DNA of 64,000 bases from Minisyncoccota bacterium (GCA_035541415.1 DATKNI010000021.1:708-64707); one strand, 5' to 3'; positions 1 through 9,353 are shown, numbered from the stretch's first letter. Notes: generated by a model from the letters alone, not told the origin. Numbers and translations: made by a program.

Positions 1-2
1 TG

Positions 3-1043
3 CTCACGGGCAATTATACCGCGCCCGCGCTTTTGGCTATCGCCGACAAGGTTGGCCTCACGATGCCCATGACGAAAGGGCGTGAGCCGAGGAAATTGCA
101 TTTGAGCGAGATCTACCGCATCTTGAGCAACCCCTTCTATTACGGCTGGTACGAGTGGCCGAAAGGGAGCGGCAACTGGGCCAAGGGCAAGCACGCGCCG
201 ATGATTACCGAGGACCAGTTCGACCGCATCCAGGGATTCTTGGGCCGGCCGACCCAAGCAAGGCCGCACAACAAGCAGTTCGCTTTCACGGGACTCATGA
301 AATGCGGCTCGTGCGGTTGCGCCATCACCGCCGAGGAGAAATTCAAATACCAGAAAAATGGCAACGTCCACCGTTACGTCTACTATCGCTGCACGAGAAA
401 GCGCGATAAGGATTGCCCCGAGAAGGCGGTTGAGCTCAAAGAGTTCAACAAACAGATCGACGCCGTGATCCGCAACCTCACCGTTTCCGAGAAGTTCAAG
501 GATTGGGCGATCAAGTATCTGTATTTCTTGCGGAAGGAGGAGGCAGCCAATTACAAAACGAAATTCGAGGAGAACCAGCGGCAGCTCGCGATGGTGAACG
601 AGCATCTGGATGCTTTGCTGTTCAAATATTCCTCGCCGGAGAACCGTGATGGCGAGTTCATCAATGCGGAGGAGTTCGTGCGGATGAAATCGGCGTTGCT
701 CAAAGAGAAATCCCGATTGGAGGATGAGCTCAATGCCCAAGGCAAAGAGAAGGAGGAGTGGCTTGAGATGAGCGAGCGGACGTTCAATTTTGCTCGTTAT
801 GCGGGGATCTGGTTCGAGAAGGGAAGCGACGATATCCGCCGCGCCATTTTCGCCTGTCTTGGTTCGAGCCTGATCCTTTCCGACCAGAAGATAGCGATTT
901 CATTACGAAAACCGTTCGAAATGATCTTTGAGAGGCTGCCGCAGGCGCAAACCGAGTTCGCAAGGTTAGAGCCCGTCGAGATGCAAGCAAACACTACGCA
1001 ATTCTTCACTTGCCTACAGCAACTTCCTATTTGGAGCGGGTAA
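3..1043 (+). CDS. large serine recombinase, C-terminal ~347 aa (reading frame open to window start; N-terminal resolvase catalytic domain lies outside window)
   Basis: Translated ORF shows the recombinase-domain/zinc-ribbon architecture of large serine recombinases (FTGLMKCGSCGCAITAEE...YYRCTRKRDKDCPEK Cys-rich ribbon, then a long coiled-coil). No stop codon in frame between nt 3 and the track start at 33. Stop codon overlaps the 3' end of the adjacent tRNA. Confidence 0.7.
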   Translation, partial: LTGNYTAPALLAIADKVGLTMPMTKGREPRKLHLSEIYRILSNPFYYGWYEWPKGSGNWAKGKHAPMITEDQFDRIQGFLGRPTQARPHNKQFAFTGLMKCGSCGCAITAEEKFKYQKNGNVHRYVYYRCTRKRDKDCPEKAVELKEFNKQIDAVIRNLTVSEKFKDWAIKYLYFLRKEEAANYKTKFEENQRQLAMVNEHLDALLFKYSSPENRDGEFINAEEFVRMKSALLKEKSRLEDELNAQGKEKEEWLEMSERTFNFARYAGIWFEKGSDDIRRAIFACLGSSLILSDQKIAISLRKPFEMIFERLPQAQTEFARLEPVEMQANTTQFFTCLQQLPIWSG

Positions 1044-1105
1044 CGGGAATCGAACCCGTATCTCAACCTTGGGAAGGTCGCGTTCTACCACTGAACCATA
1101 CCCGC
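1032..1105 (-). tRNA. tRNA-Gly (anticodon CCC), 74 nt with encoded CCA
   Basis: Reverse complement reads GCGGGTATGGTTCAGTGGTAGAACGCGACCTTCCCAAGGTTGAGATACGGGTTCGATTCCCGTTACCCGCTCCA. It has a 7-bp acceptor stem, a D-stem GTTC/GAAC, an anticodon stem CGACC/GGTTG with loop TTCCCAA (anticodon CCC), a T-arm ACGGG-TTCGATT-CCCGT and the U73 discriminator typical of bacterial tRNA-Gly. Confidence 0.85.
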
Positions 1106-1292
1106 TTGTCCAGCCGCTGGGCTGGGCAATATATAAAAGAGTAGCGCATCGCGGAACGTTTGCAAATTATAGGGAGATGTAGTTGCACGGTATTGGCGTA
1201 GGACAAAGTTCAGGTCGTGGGAAACGAGGATGACTGTCATTCCGTAGGTACCCTCGAGCCGATGAAAGAGCTCGCGAAAAGACTTGCATTTT

Positions 1293-1316
1293 CCTGATTT
1301 TGTGGTAAAAATCAGG
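1293..1316. promoter_or_regulatory. perfect 9-bp inverted repeat (CCTGATTTT-N6-AAAATCAGG) in the upstream region of the large surface-protein gene
   Basis: Seen directly in the sequence; there is no U-tract on either side, so it is more likely a protein-binding site than a terminator. Confidence 0.3.
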
Positions 1317-1402
1317 CTGTAGCACTCGCACCTTAACAAAATTTTTTTGGGCTCTTTTACATTTTATTCAAAAGAGTCGCAAAAAATAAATAAAAGTTTT
1401 CT

Positions 1403-4400
1403 ATGGTTAGTACAATAAAACAATTTGCTGCGGCAAGCGCTCTTGCGTTGATCATGATTATCGCAGGCACGTCTCACGCGGCATTTGCGAGTCACATCGC
1501 AGTCGCGCACGCGGATGATCAAACATCCTCAAGTTCCGTGGTGAGTTCGGCGACGAGCTCGATCTCGGTAACCAGTTCGAGCGCGGCATCGAGTTCCAGC
1601 ACGGGCACTGACGATGGTTCGGCCGTAAGCGCGGCATCATCGACGGCGGCCGGCGCAGGGATCGCTGATGCGACAAGCAGCGCATCGACAACCGTAACGA
1701 CGATCACGACCACGACGGACACGTCCGTGTCGGGAACGACCGTCGTCGCGGCAGCCGCATTTGCGGCGTCGAGCATCTCGCCTGATTGCGCCACATCAAC
1801 GCAGAAGGCAAATCTTTCGATCGTAAAATCGGTCGACGAGAAAAATCCGGGTGAAGGAGGCACGATCCATTTCACAATCGATGTCTCGAATGCCGGTCCG
1901 AATGCGGCAACCAACGTCGTTGTGAACGATACGTGGCCGAGCGGCATCACGTTTGTGAGCGCCGTCGCGTCACAAGGTTCATTCGACCCGGTTACCCATG
2001 TATGGAATGTCGGCAAGGTGGCGAACGGCGCCTCGGCGTATCTCTCGCTTGCGGTGACGGTTGATCAAGGAACGGCAGGCAAGAAGATTGTCAACAAGGC
2101 GTCGGTCCATGGCGCAGAGACGGATCCGAACACCTCGAACAATACGAGTGAGGCATCGTTTACCGTTTGCCCCAAGGAAACGCCCGTGGCAGATGTTTCT
2201 GTCACAAAACTCGTGAGCAAAGCCACTCCGGCGGAAGGCGACACGATCACGTACGTCGTGAAGGTCGCGAATGCCGGCCCGGACAAAGCTCTCGACGTTG
2301 TCGCATCCGACACGCTTCCTGCGGGTCTCGACCTGGTTGGGGCAACGACCTCAGCCGGCGTCTACTCGACGTCCACGGGAATGTGGACGGTGGGCGATCT
2401 TCCCGCGAATGCAACGGCCACGCTCATGGTTACCGCAACGGTGAAGACGGGCACGGCCGGAAAAACGATCGTGAACAGCGTTCAGGTGAAGGAGAATTCG
2501 GGCGAAACCGACCCGAATCTCGGCAATAACTCAGACTGCGCCACTATTAAAGTGCAGCCCAAGGTCGTCAATAAAGACGAAGCTGACATTGCCGTCGTGA
2601 AAACGGTGGACAATACGAACCCGGCTGCGGGAGCTACGGTGAAATACACGATCACTGCTTCTGCGCTTGGTCCGTCAACCTCGACCGGCGTCGTCGCAAC
2701 GGATACGTTGCCAGCCGGTCTCACGTTCGTTTCGGCAACCGCGACCCAGGGCACGTATGCGAGCTCGACCGGAGCCTGGACCATCGGCACGATGGCACCG
2801 AGCTCCACGGCGAAGCTCGTCATCATGGCCTCGGTGAACACGGGAACTGACGGGACGACGATCACGAATACCGCAACAATCACCGAATCGACGAGCACCG
2901 TTGACCAGAACCTCTCGAACAACAGTTCGTCGGTTGCGATCACGGTGCAATCGAACAATGGTGGCGGTGGCGGAGGCGGCAATCCGGATGCAGACATTTC
3001 GATTGCCAAAACAGTTGACAACAAGAACCCGAATGTTGGCGACACGGTGAGCTATACGGTCACCGTGACCGACCTCGGACCTTCAACCTCGACCGGCGTT
3101 GTCGCAACCGACCCGTTGCCAGCGGGACTCACATTCGTTTCCGCGACAACTTCGAAAGGATCGTACACGAGTTCAACGGGCGCGTGGACGGTGGGTACAT
3201 TGTCCCTCAACGCGACCGCGACGCTTACGATCGCTGCAACGGTGAACTCGGGAACGGCGGGAACATCGATCACGAACACCGCGACGGTTGCTGAATCCGC
3301 GTCGGTTAATGACACGAATTCGAACAACAACACCGCAAGCACCACAATCACGGTGGCAGGCGGCGGAGGAGGTGGCGGTTCGACCACAGACCTCGCGATT
3401 ACAAAGACGGTTGACAACACGAGTCCCGCGGCAGGTGACACGGTGAACTACACGATCACGGTGACCGCCGGGGGCAACGCAACGTCATCCCTTGTGCTTG
3501 TGAGCGATGCTCTGCCAAATGGCATCACGGTTGCCTCGATGACTGCTTCCACGGGAACGGTCACCGACGGCGGCACGGTAACGTGGGATAAATTCGATTT
3601 GGCTCCGAACGCGACAGCGACCCTCGTCATCTCGGCGGTTGTCGGCGCGGATCAAGCGGGCCAGACGATCACGAACACGGCGACGGTGACGTCGACCCTC
3701 GGTTCATTCGTTGACAGCAATCCCGCCAACAATTCTTCCTCAGTTTCGTTCACGGTTCAGACTCCGGTTTGTACGGTGAACTGCGGCGGAGGGGGAGGCG
3801 GAGGCGGTGGTGGCGGCGGTTCAACGCCGACGGCTGAAATCGCCGTTGCCAAAACCGTTGACAACGCAACCCCGAATCCTGGCGACACGATCCATTACAC
3901 GATCACCGTTTCGGCGCTCGGCCCCTCGGCTTCACTCGGAGTCGTAGCAACCGACACCGTACCGGCAGGCATCACCTTCGTTTCGGCAAGCACGTCGATG
4001 GGAACGTATGCGAGCTCCACGGGAACGTGGACGATCGGAACGCTCTCAAACGGCCAGAACGCAACCCTTGCTATCACGGCAACCGTGAATCCGGGAACGG
4101 CTGGTCAGACGATCACGAACACCGCGGTTGTCGGCGAGTCGACGAGCGTCAACAATCCGAATACGAGCAATGATACTGCTTCAGCTACGATAACCGTGGC
4201 TGGCGGCGGCAATGGCGGTGGTGGCGGCAGTGGGGGAGGAGGTGGCGGTGGTGGCGGTGGCGGCGGCCAGGTTCTCGGCTCAAGCACGAGCACGGGCGGC
4301 GGCCAAATCCTCGGCGCAAGCTGCGGTCTCTATCTCACGCAGTACATCCACCCCGTTCGCAAGTATCTGAACGATCCAGGAGAGGTGAAGAAGTTGCAGA

Positions 4401-4639
4401 TCTTCCTTAACGAGAACGTTGGGGCGAATCTGCCGATCACCGGTTACTATGGCCAAAAGACCATAGCGGCCGTGGATCAATTCCAAGTGAAATATCACAC
4501 GGAAGTGCTCCTGCCATGGCTCCCATACGGACTTCAGACCCAGTTCACGCCGACGGATTATGTCTACAAGACGACCCAGCGGTGGATCAACTTGGTCATG
4601 TGTCCGGCGCTCAACCTTCAGACTCCTCAGCTCCCGTAA
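1403..4639 (+). CDS. large secreted/cell-surface repeat protein: signal peptide, S/T-rich stalk, six DUF11-like (conserved repeat domain) modules separated by poly-Gly linkers, C-terminal peptidoglycan-binding-like domain
   Basis: N-terminus MVSTIKQFAAASALALIMIIAGTSHAAFA looks like a signal peptide. Six ~115-aa repeats each carry the ADxxxxKTVDNxxPxxGDTVxYTITVxNxGP...TDTLPAGLTFVSAT...NTATV...NNxS pattern. Linkers are GGGGGGG. The C-terminus ITGYYGQKTIAAVDQFQVKYH resembles the PG_binding_1 helix motif. Confidence 0.8.
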   Translation: MVSTIKQFAAASALALIMIIAGTSHAAFASHIAVAHADDQTSSSSVVSSATSSISVTSSSAASSSSTGTDDGSAVSAASSTAAGAGIADATSSASTTVTTITTTTDTSVSGTTVVAAAAFAASSISPDCATSTQKANLSIVKSVDEKNPGEGGTIHFTIDVSNAGPNAATNVVVNDTWPSGITFVSAVASQGSFDPVTHVWNVGKVANGASAYLSLAVTVDQGTAGKKIVNKASVHGAETDPNTSNNTSEASFTVCPKETPVADVSVTKLVSKATPAEGDTITYVVKVANAGPDKALDVVASDTLPAGLDLVGATTSAGVYSTSTGMWTVGDLPANATATLMVTATVKTGTAGKTIVNSVQVKENSGETDPNLGNNSDCATIKVQPKVVNKDEADIAVVKTVDNTNPAAGATVKYTITASALGPSTSTGVVATDTLPAGLTFVSATATQGTYASSTGAWTIGTMAPSSTAKLVIMASVNTGTDGTTITNTATITESTSTVDQNLSNNSSSVAITVQSNNGGGGGGGNPDADISIAKTVDNKNPNVGDTVSYTVTVTDLGPSTSTGVVATDPLPAGLTFVSATTSKGSYTSSTGAWTVGTLSLNATATLTIAATVNSGTAGTSITNTATVAESASVNDTNSNNNTASTTITVAGGGGGGGSTTDLAITKTVDNTSPAAGDTVNYTITVTAGGNATSSLVLVSDALPNGITVASMTASTGTVTDGGTVTWDKFDLAPNATATLVISAVVGADQAGQTITNTATVTSTLGSFVDSNPANNSSSVSFTVQTPVCTVNCGGGGGGGGGGGGSTPTAEIAVAKTVDNATPNPGDTIHYTITVSALGPSASLGVVATDTVPAGITFVSASTSMGTYASSTGTWTIGTLSNGQNATLAITATVNPGTAGQTITNTAVVGESTSVNNPNTSNDTASATITVAGGGNGGGGGSGGGGGGGGGGGGQVLGSSTSTGGGQILGASCGLYLTQYIHPVRKYLNDPGEVKKLQIFLNENVGANLPITGYYGQKTIAAVDQFQVKYHTEVLLPWLPYGLQTQFTPTDYVYKTTQRWINLVMCPALNLQTPQLP
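1800..4370 (+). repeat. intragenic tandem DNA repeats (~345-420 bp units encoding the DUF11-like modules) punctuated by (GGN)n poly-glycine-coding tracts
   Basis: Adjacent repeat units are highly similar at the DNA level (e.g. the segment around 2680-2800 versus 3090-3210). Homopolymeric-codon GGN runs lie near 2955-2985, 3360-3385, 3785-3830 and 4200-4270. Confidence 0.7.
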
Positions 4640-4706
4640 GCGAAATATCTGCCGAACGCAGATAAAAGTACGGCGAGAGGAACTGCAAGAAGCAAGGAAC
4701 CAGCAA

Positions 4707-4733
4707 AGGCCCCGATTCTGTCGGGGCTTTTGC
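4707..4733 (+). terminator. intrinsic terminator after the surface-protein gene
   Basis: GGCCCCGA-ttctg-TCGGGGCT hairpin followed by TTTT. Confidence 0.6.
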
Positions 4734-4774
4734 GTTGAAAGGGATTATTAAAATTCAATTAAATTGCTGAACCC

Positions 4775-4803
4775 TTGCGCCATATATGTCGGTATGGTAT
4801 AAT
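4775..4803 (+). promoter_or_regulatory. sigma-70-type promoter (-35 TTGCGC, 17-nt spacer, extended -10 TGgTATAAT) placed 7 nt before ATG 4811, implying a leaderless mRNA
   Basis: Hexamers and spacing read directly from the sequence. Confidence 0.5.
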
Positions 4804-4810
4804 ATTTTCA

Positions 4811-5911
4811 ATGAAAAAAGTGCGCGTGAAGAAGCATCGAATCAAGAAGTATCTCATTCCCCATGAGGAAAATGACTTCATGCCGAAATTGCTTCGGCCG
4901 AAGTTCGTTGCTTTTGTCTGCATGATCATGATCGCCGGGGAAATCGCTTTTCTTCTCGGCGCAACGTATGTAGCGCCGCGTTCAAAACTTTTCGGCATTA
5001 TCCTCACGAACGCTCTCGTTGACCAGACCAACGAAAGCCGCACGGCAAACGGTGTGCCCGCGCTCCACGAGAATGCAACGCTCGATGCGGCGGCCCAGCT
5101 CAAAGCGAACGACATGGTGAAGAATAATTATTTTGCGCACACAAGCCCGGCCGGCCTCACGCCGTGGTATTGGTTTGACCAGGTTGGATACAATTTTAAT
5201 TACGCCGGCGAAAATCTCGCCGTGAATTTTTCCGATTCAGAGGATGTGACGAGCGCTTGGATGAATTCTCCGGAACATCGCGAAAATATTTTGAACGCCA
5301 ATTATTCTGATATTGGTATGGCGACGGCGCAGGGGATGTTCCAGGGACATCCGGCAACGTATGTCGTGGAACTTTTTGGCACCCAGGCGCCAGTTGCCGT
5401 GGCGAACGGAATTCCGGGTATCTCATCCGCGCAAGCTGCGACACAGCTTGCACCAACTTCGACTGCGACAACGACGGCAGTAAAACCAAAACCCAAGCCA
5501 ATCACAAAACCGATTGCCACCGCGACGACGTCCACGGTTGCGGTCACGACGACTTCAGTCGCATCATCCGGTGCGAGTTCGATCGTCTTGCCGAATATCG
5601 CCTCAGAGACTGAATCAACCACGGAACACGCGACGAGCGTGACGCTTGGATTTGTTTCGTCCGACAACAACGCGCCGACCGTCCGGCAATCGAATATCTT
5701 CCAGGAGGCGCTCGCCGATCCGCGCAAGCTTGCGAATGACGTTTATCTCGTCTTGATGGGAATCTTCTTTGTCGCGCTCATGCTGAACATTTTCATTAAA
5801 ATTCGCATCCAGTATCCCAAGCTCATCATCGGCGGCATCCTCGTGATCGTCGTTGCCGGCTTGGCCGTGATGCTCAACCAGAGCATGGCAGCGCATATCG
5901 CGATTTTGTAA
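4811..5911 (+). CDS. CAP/SCP (PR-1-like, YkwD-type) domain protein with N-terminal TM anchor, Ala/Thr-rich linker and C-terminal TM segment
   Basis: CAP-domain signatures are present: NESRTANGVPALHENATLDAAAQLKANDMVKNNYFAHTSP, GENLAVNF, WMNSPEHRENIL. The track ORF start at 4775 lies inside the promoter, so the ATG at 4811 is preferred. Confidence 0.75.
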   Translation: MKKVRVKKHRIKKYLIPHEENDFMPKLLRPKFVAFVCMIMIAGEIAFLLGATYVAPRSKLFGIILTNALVDQTNESRTANGVPALHENATLDAAAQLKANDMVKNNYFAHTSPAGLTPWYWFDQVGYNFNYAGENLAVNFSDSEDVTSAWMNSPEHRENILNANYSDIGMATAQGMFQGHPATYVVELFGTQAPVAVANGIPGISSAQAATQLAPTSTATTTAVKPKPKPITKPIATATTSTVAVTTTSVASSGASSIVLPNIASETESTTEHATSVTLGFVSSDNNAPTVRQSNIFQEALADPRKLANDVYLVLMGIFFVALMLNIFIKIRIQYPKLIIGGILVIVVAGLAVMLNQSMAAHIAIL

Positions 5912-5923
5912 ACAGGCATTATG

Positions 5924-5958
5924 AGGCGCGGGAAATCCCTGCGCCTTTAGCTTTTTTA
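5924..5958 (+). terminator. intrinsic terminator after the CAP-domain gene
   Basis: GGCGCGGG-aaat-CCCTGCGCC hairpin followed by TTTAGCTTTTTT. Confidence 0.55.
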
Positions 5959-5977
5959 CGGCCGCGCTGTACAATAG

Positions 5978-7693
5978 ATGCACATGGCTGGCTCCACAAC
6001 CGAACTTATTAAAGGGAAGCTCGACATCGTCGATTTTTTGCGAGGATATCTCACGCTCACGCCCGCTGGCAGGAATTTCAAGGCGCTGTGCCCGTTCCAC
6101 CATGAAAAGACGCCGTCGTTTATGGTTTCGCCCGACCGGCAGACGTGGCATTGTTTTGGCTGCGGCTTGGGAGGCGACGTTTTCACCTTCATTATGAAGT
6201 ATGAAAATCTGGAGTTCACCGAAGCGATGCGCATGCTTGCCGAAAAAGCCGGCGTGGAGTTGCGGCACGAAAATCCGGCGGAGTACCGCTATAGCGGCTT
6301 GCTCTACGATCTGAACGATCAGGCAAAAAATTATTACCGCAAGATGCTCGCCGCGGCGCCGGTCGCGAAGAAATATTTGGACGAGCGGGGTTTGAGCGCG
6401 GAAACGATCGACACGTTCGAAATCGGCTGGGCGCCCAATGAGCCGGAAGGCTTGTCGATGTATTTATTGAACAACGGAACGGCGCCGCAGGACCTCATCC
6501 AAGCGGGGCTCTCCATCAAAACAGAACGCGGCCTGATGCTTGACCGGTTCCGCGGCCGCATCATGTTCCCGATCCATAATCACGTCGGCAAAGTCGTCGG
6601 TTTCACCGGGCGCATTCTCCCGCAGCTCGACAAAGGCGACATGGGCAAATACATCAACAGCCCCGAAACGCCGATTTTCCAAAAATCAAAATTGCTGTAT
6701 GGATTCTGGAAGAGCAAAGACGCCATTCGAGAAGCGAAGGTCGCCGTCCTCATGGAGGGCCAGATGGATTTTCTGATGAGCTATCAATCCGGCGTGAAAA
6801 ACGTCATCGCAAGTTCCGGCACGGCGCTCACCGCTGACCATCTGCACGTGGTGCACCGCCTCGCGGAAGAAATTGTTTTGTGTTTCGATAGCGACATTGC
6901 CGGCGCCGATGCCGCCGAGCGCGCGATTGACCTCGCCGAAGCGGGGGACTTTACGGTGAAGATCGCCACCTTCAAGGAATTCAAAGATGCCGCCGACGCC
7001 GCAAAAGCGAATCCGGAAAACGTTGCAAAGACAATCGCCGCAGCCGTTCCCGCGCCGGAATTCTATTTTGCAAAATACCTGCCGAACGATAATAACGAGC
7101 TCAAAACGCGCGACGGTTTGCACAAGCTTCGGGCGGTGCTCGCCAAATTGAAAAATCTCGCAAGTCCGGTTGAGCGGAGTTTTTGGCTTGCGGAACTTTC
7201 GAACCGCACCGCGATCGACGAGCGGGTCCTCCGGGAGGAATCGGCAAAGGCAAACCCGTCCGGCATCCCGGCGGCGAAGCGGTCGGGAGAACAGGATGAG
7301 GAAATCGCCAAGCGGCATGTTTCGCGGCAGGACCGCTTGTGCGAGCAGCTCCTCGTCGCCGCATTCGCAAAAAATGATTTTTCCTTGGCGGAGGATTGCC
7401 TCCCGTATTTCAAACCGGCACAAAAAGAAGTGTTCAGGCTCTTGAAGAGCGGCAAAAAGAAAAGCGAAGATCCTTCGCTCGACCAGGCGATCGACCTCGT
7501 GATCCTCGGGGGTTCGAGCGAACTTACGGACGACGAGATCGCCGCCCTCAAAGCCGAGCTTGCGAAGGAATATTATAAAGAGCGCCGGCAGATCCTCGCG
7601 ACCGCAATCAAGAACGCCGAGGCAAAAGGGAACGACGCCGAACTCAAAGCCGCGCTCGAAGAACTGAAAAACCTTCCGGCGATAAGCGAGTGA
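5978..7693 (+). CDS. dnaG: DNA primase
   Basis: CHC2 zinc finger (CPFHHEKTPSFMVSPDRQTWHCFGCGLGGDVFTF) and a TOPRIM region (EGQMDFLMSYQSG...LCFDSDIAG). Located upstream of rpoD, as in the conserved dnaG-rpoD operon. The ATG at 5984 may be the true leaderless start. Confidence 0.95.
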   Translation: MHMAGSTTELIKGKLDIVDFLRGYLTLTPAGRNFKALCPFHHEKTPSFMVSPDRQTWHCFGCGLGGDVFTFIMKYENLEFTEAMRMLAEKAGVELRHENPAEYRYSGLLYDLNDQAKNYYRKMLAAAPVAKKYLDERGLSAETIDTFEIGWAPNEPEGLSMYLLNNGTAPQDLIQAGLSIKTERGLMLDRFRGRIMFPIHNHVGKVVGFTGRILPQLDKGDMGKYINSPETPIFQKSKLLYGFWKSKDAIREAKVAVLMEGQMDFLMSYQSGVKNVIASSGTALTADHLHVVHRLAEEIVLCFDSDIAGADAAERAIDLAEAGDFTVKIATFKEFKDAADAAKANPENVAKTIAAAVPAPEFYFAKYLPNDNNELKTRDGLHKLRAVLAKLKNLASPVERSFWLAELSNRTAIDERVLREESAKANPSGIPAAKRSGEQDEEIAKRHVSRQDRLCEQLLVAAFAKNDFSLAEDCLPYFKPAQKEVFRLLKSGKKKSEDPSLDQAIDLVILGGSSELTDDEIAALKAELAKEYYKERRQILATAIKNAEAKGNDAELKAALEELKNLPAISE

Positions 7694-7748
7694 ACTCGGT
7701 GAGGCCTTGCATTTTTGTAACAAATACTGAATAATAAGGTATCAATAA

Positions 7749-9017
7749 ATGTCCCCGAAACGCGCGCAGTCCCGGAAGCCGAAGGCGAAAAAAGTGAAAA
7801 CTATGGCCAAGAATCCTAAAACTTCCAAAAAGAAGCTTATTAAATCCGGTTCAAAAAAGTCCTCGGGGAAGGCTATCAAATCAAAAGCAGCCAAAGGAAA
7901 GAAGAGCAGCAAGCCGCTCACCAAGCTCGAGAAGAGCATCAAGGCGAGCGCCCGCGAAATCAATGAGCTCATTGAGCGCGGCCGCCCTCGCGGCTTTGTG
8001 ACCGACAACGAGATTCTCTATTATTTCCCGAAGATCGAGGACAACGTTGAATTATTGGATGAAATCTATGACCGCTTGGAAAAAGCGGGCATTAAAGTTA
8101 TCGAGACGAGCGCCCTCATCGACTTTTCAAAAGACGAAGACGACCGCAACTTTGACGACTCGATGGCATTCGAAGGCGATGTGCCGGATGCCGTCCAGAT
8201 GTACCTGAAGGAAATCGGCAAGACGCCGCTCCTTTCAAAAGACGAAGAGCGCGATCTCGCAAAGCGCGCCGAGAAAGGGGACGAAGAGGCCCGCCAGCGG
8301 TTGATGAAGGCAAACTTGCGCCTCGTGGTTTCGATCGCAAAGCGCTACGTGAACCGCACGCCGCACCTTTCCATCCTCGATCTGATCCAGGAAGGCAATA
8401 TTGGTTTGTCCCGCGCGGTCGAAAAATTCGACTACCGCCGCGGATTCAAATTTTCAACCTACGCAACCTGGTGGATCCGCCAGGCGATCACGCGCGCATT
8501 GGCCGACCAGTCGCGCACGGTCCGCATCCCGGTCCACATGGTGGAAACGATTTCAAAATATACGCAGGTGCGCCGCCAGCTTATTCAGGAGCTTGGCCGC
8601 GATCCGCTCGCAGAAGAAATCGCCGCCGAAATGGGCATCGATGTAGACAAGGTGCGCCATATCCAAAAGATTTCCCAGGAAGTGCTGTCGATCGAAACGC
8701 CGATCGGCGACGAAGAAGATTCAACCTTGTCAGATTTCATTCCGGACGAAAAGAACGCCACGCCGTCCCAGCTCACGGCGCGCGCGATGCTCCGCGACCT
8801 CATCAAGGAAATCATGATCGACCTCACCGAACGCGAACAGCAGATCTTGAAGATGCGTTTCGGCCTGGACGACGGCATCAGTCACACGCTCGAAGAAGTG
8901 GGCAAGGCATTCGGCGTCACGCGCGAACGCATCCGCCAGATCGAAGCCAAGGCTTTGGAGAAGATCCGCGAACACGGGAAAGCCCCGGCTCTCGAAGGAT
9001 TCGAAAATATTTCATAA
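7749..9017 (+). CDS. rpoD: RNA polymerase primary sigma factor (sigma-70), with an unusual lysine-rich N-terminal extension
   Basis: Regions 1.2-4 are present ([93 protein letters not shown]). The first ~60 aa are K-rich ([31 protein letters not shown]) instead of an acidic region 1.1. Confidence 0.95.
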   Translation: MSPKRAQSRKPKAKKVKTMAKNPKTSKKKLIKSGSKKSSGKAIKSKAAKGKKSSKPLTKLEKSIKASAREINELIERGRPRGFVTDNEILYYFPKIEDNVELLDEIYDRLEKAGIKVIETSALIDFSKDEDDRNFDDSMAFEGDVPDAVQMYLKEIGKTPLLSKDEERDLAKRAEKGDEEARQRLMKANLRLVVSIAKRYVNRTPHLSILDLIQEGNIGLSRAVEKFDYRRGFKFSTYATWWIRQAITRALADQSRTVRIPVHMVETISKYTQVRRQLIQELGRDPLAEEIAAEMGIDVDKVRHIQKISQEVLSIETPIGDEEDSTLSDFIPDEKNATPSQLTARAMLRDLIKEIMIDLTEREQQILKMRFGLDDGISHTLEEVGKAFGVTRERIRQIEAKALEKIREHGKAPALEGFENIS

Positions 9018-9033
9018 ACCGTCGGCGAAAAAG

Positions 9034-9062
9034 AAAGGCCCAGATCATTCTGCGCCTTTTTT
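9034..9062. terminator. weak bidirectional hairpin/U-tract between rpoD and the convergent small gene
   Basis: AAAGGC-N13-GCCTTT stem followed by TTTTTTG. Confidence 0.3.
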
Positions 9063-9353
9063 GATGAATATTTTTTCCTGCAGGTGGGCGAGTACGCCTA
9101 TCCCCAGTGCGGCTGCTTCCGGATGCTGGACGCGATAGCAGATCTCTGCGATGCAGACCGGACACGTTGCCGCCGCCCCTTCGTCATCTTCTCGGGCGAT
9201 GGTGATGGTGCACGTTTTTCCGCAGATCGACTGCGCGCCGACGCAAAAATGGATTTCTTCGGAATGCTCGGCTTCGGTGCAGAGGGTTATGCCTTTCGGC
9301 AGTTTTTGGAATACGATTGCCTCCGGCGAGGAGGGAATCTTATGGATCTTCAT
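9045..9353 (-). CDS. hypothetical small Cys-rich protein
   Basis: ORF with a good Shine-Dalgarno sequence (GAGGGA 6 nt before ATG) and several Cys pairs (C..C...C...C..C). No family recognised. The competing + strand ORF 9084..9356 lacks an SD and starts at GTG. Confidence 0.3.
   Translation of the reverse strand: MKIHKIPSSPEAIVFQKLPKGITLCTEAEHSEEIHFCVGAQSICGKTCTITIAREDDEGAAATCPVCIAEICYRVQHPEAAALGIGVLAHLQEKIFIKKGAE

Noticed and set aside
2940-4275. Regularly spaced GGTGGCGG-type tracts, which could suggest a CRISPR array or microsatellite
   Set aside because: They are in-frame poly-glycine linker codons inside one large ORF. Spacing follows the protein repeats (~400 bp), not CRISPR geometry, and no cas genes are present.
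4775-4810. ORF-track start of the CAP-domain gene at 4775 (and similarly 37209 for secA, 22783 for tsaC, 35366 for murB, 13733 for ABC-F, 18313 for uvrA)
   Set aside because: The extensions run through promoter hexamers or encode Arg/Gly-rich non-conserved sequence. Internal ATGs matching conserved N-termini and/or leaderless TATAAT spacing are preferred.
6686-7723. 345-aa - strand ORF
   Set aside because: Antisense to dnaG. It is Arg/Gly/Cys-rich low-complexity translation typical of a GC-rich antisense frame.
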